DNA of 64,000 nt from Lama glama (lineage: Eukaryota). The notes under the pieces are model-generated. The model saw only the letters and a program-made list of their open reading frames with translations. It did not search any database and had not been told where the DNA came from. The DNA is taken from NCBI GenBank assembly GCA_028534125.1, contig CM052816.1, positions 31,808,001-31,872,000 on the forward strand, read 5' to 3'. The position numbers were made by a program, and so were the translations under genes. Positions 63,096 to 64,000 of this stretch are shown one piece after another (the first letter of the stretch is position 1; every line of letters starts with the position of its first letter).

Positions 63096-64000
63096 TGGTT
63101 GCTGGACCTTCTCAGTGTGGTTCCCCACACCGGGGGTGGCCATCAGCCTGCCTCTCATTAAACTCTACTCCTCTCTCACAGACAGTCACTGACCTGCTTT
63201 GGGAAGCACCCCCAGTCTGGGCACAAAGGCTTTAAGAATTTGTTCTTTCCTATAATGTCTACATCAAGCCAACAAAACCTTCAGAGTAAACTAAACATTC
63301 CTCTAAAGAGAATGTGCACATATGTTCTGAATACTGAATTCTGACAACCAAAGGTAGGATAGATGTCATGATATTTTGTATTATGAGGCCATGGAGAAAA
63401 AACATGTGTTTTCTCTATGGCACCCAAGACAGTAGCCATGCTTCACAAATATTTCTCAAATGTTTATCTACTTATTAGAATAGTAGAATCCTGACCATAG
63501 AGTTGGGTGACTACCTACTGAGGCTCTCCATGGGTACAGGGTTCATTCATATTACAAGGAAATCCATGGAAAGGTGAGATGATTAAAACAGGGTTTTAGT
63601 GAAACTTTTTACAGCTTTTTATAAATGTAGATTCATGCCTGTAGGCAAAGCTTCACGCAGCTCTCTTTACCAAGGCAAAAATGAGACTCCTCAGTTTCCA
63701 TGGATTTATGATTCCCGTGAAAAACATTCCAGTATTCTTCTGCAATGAAATATGACTTAAAAGTAATTTTACTTCAACATTTTACCTCAAAAAATGACTT
63801 TTTTCCTACTTCTAGATAGCTTGCACATGTCTTTTGATAGATTAATTTCTTTATTATAACATTTAATTTTTCTTATTACTGAAACTATATATATTCACTG
63901 TAAATATAATAAATTAATCTCTCTAAGTCAATATTTTGCATTTTTCTTTTCTTTTTATAATTCAGTTTTATAATTAGTAGAATTTATCAGGTGAATGGAA

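Overview
This is mammalian genomic DNA, most likely camelid (Camelus/Vicugna), judged from a Vic-1-type tRNA-derived SINE and camelid/artiodactyl-type L1 3' ends. It is AT-rich and dominated by interspersed repeats: L1 of several ages, L2, MIR, MaLR/ERVL/ERV1 LTRs, hAT and Tigger DNA transposons (including a full-length Tigger1) and microsatellites, with one 100-N assembly gap. I found no intact protein-coding exon; nearly all listed ORFs are repeat-derived or chance ORFs. The non-repeat signals are: (i) a CpG-rich promoter with a probable non-coding first exon on the minus strand at ~53.1-53.5 kb, so ~1-53 kb is probably intronic to a transcript I cannot name; (ii) a second CpG-retaining element at ~56.0-56.95 kb with clustered NF-kB-like sites and an RFX X-box; (iii) a TMSB10 processed pseudogene. 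I see no evidence of a wholly new biological system. The best leads are the regulatory pair, a probable L1 3' transduction, a pure (CAG)22 inside an old LTR, and a re-opened mini-ORF in the TMSB10 retrocopy. Repeat family names come from remembered consensus sequences, not a search, and boundaries are approximate unless TSDs/TIRs are given.
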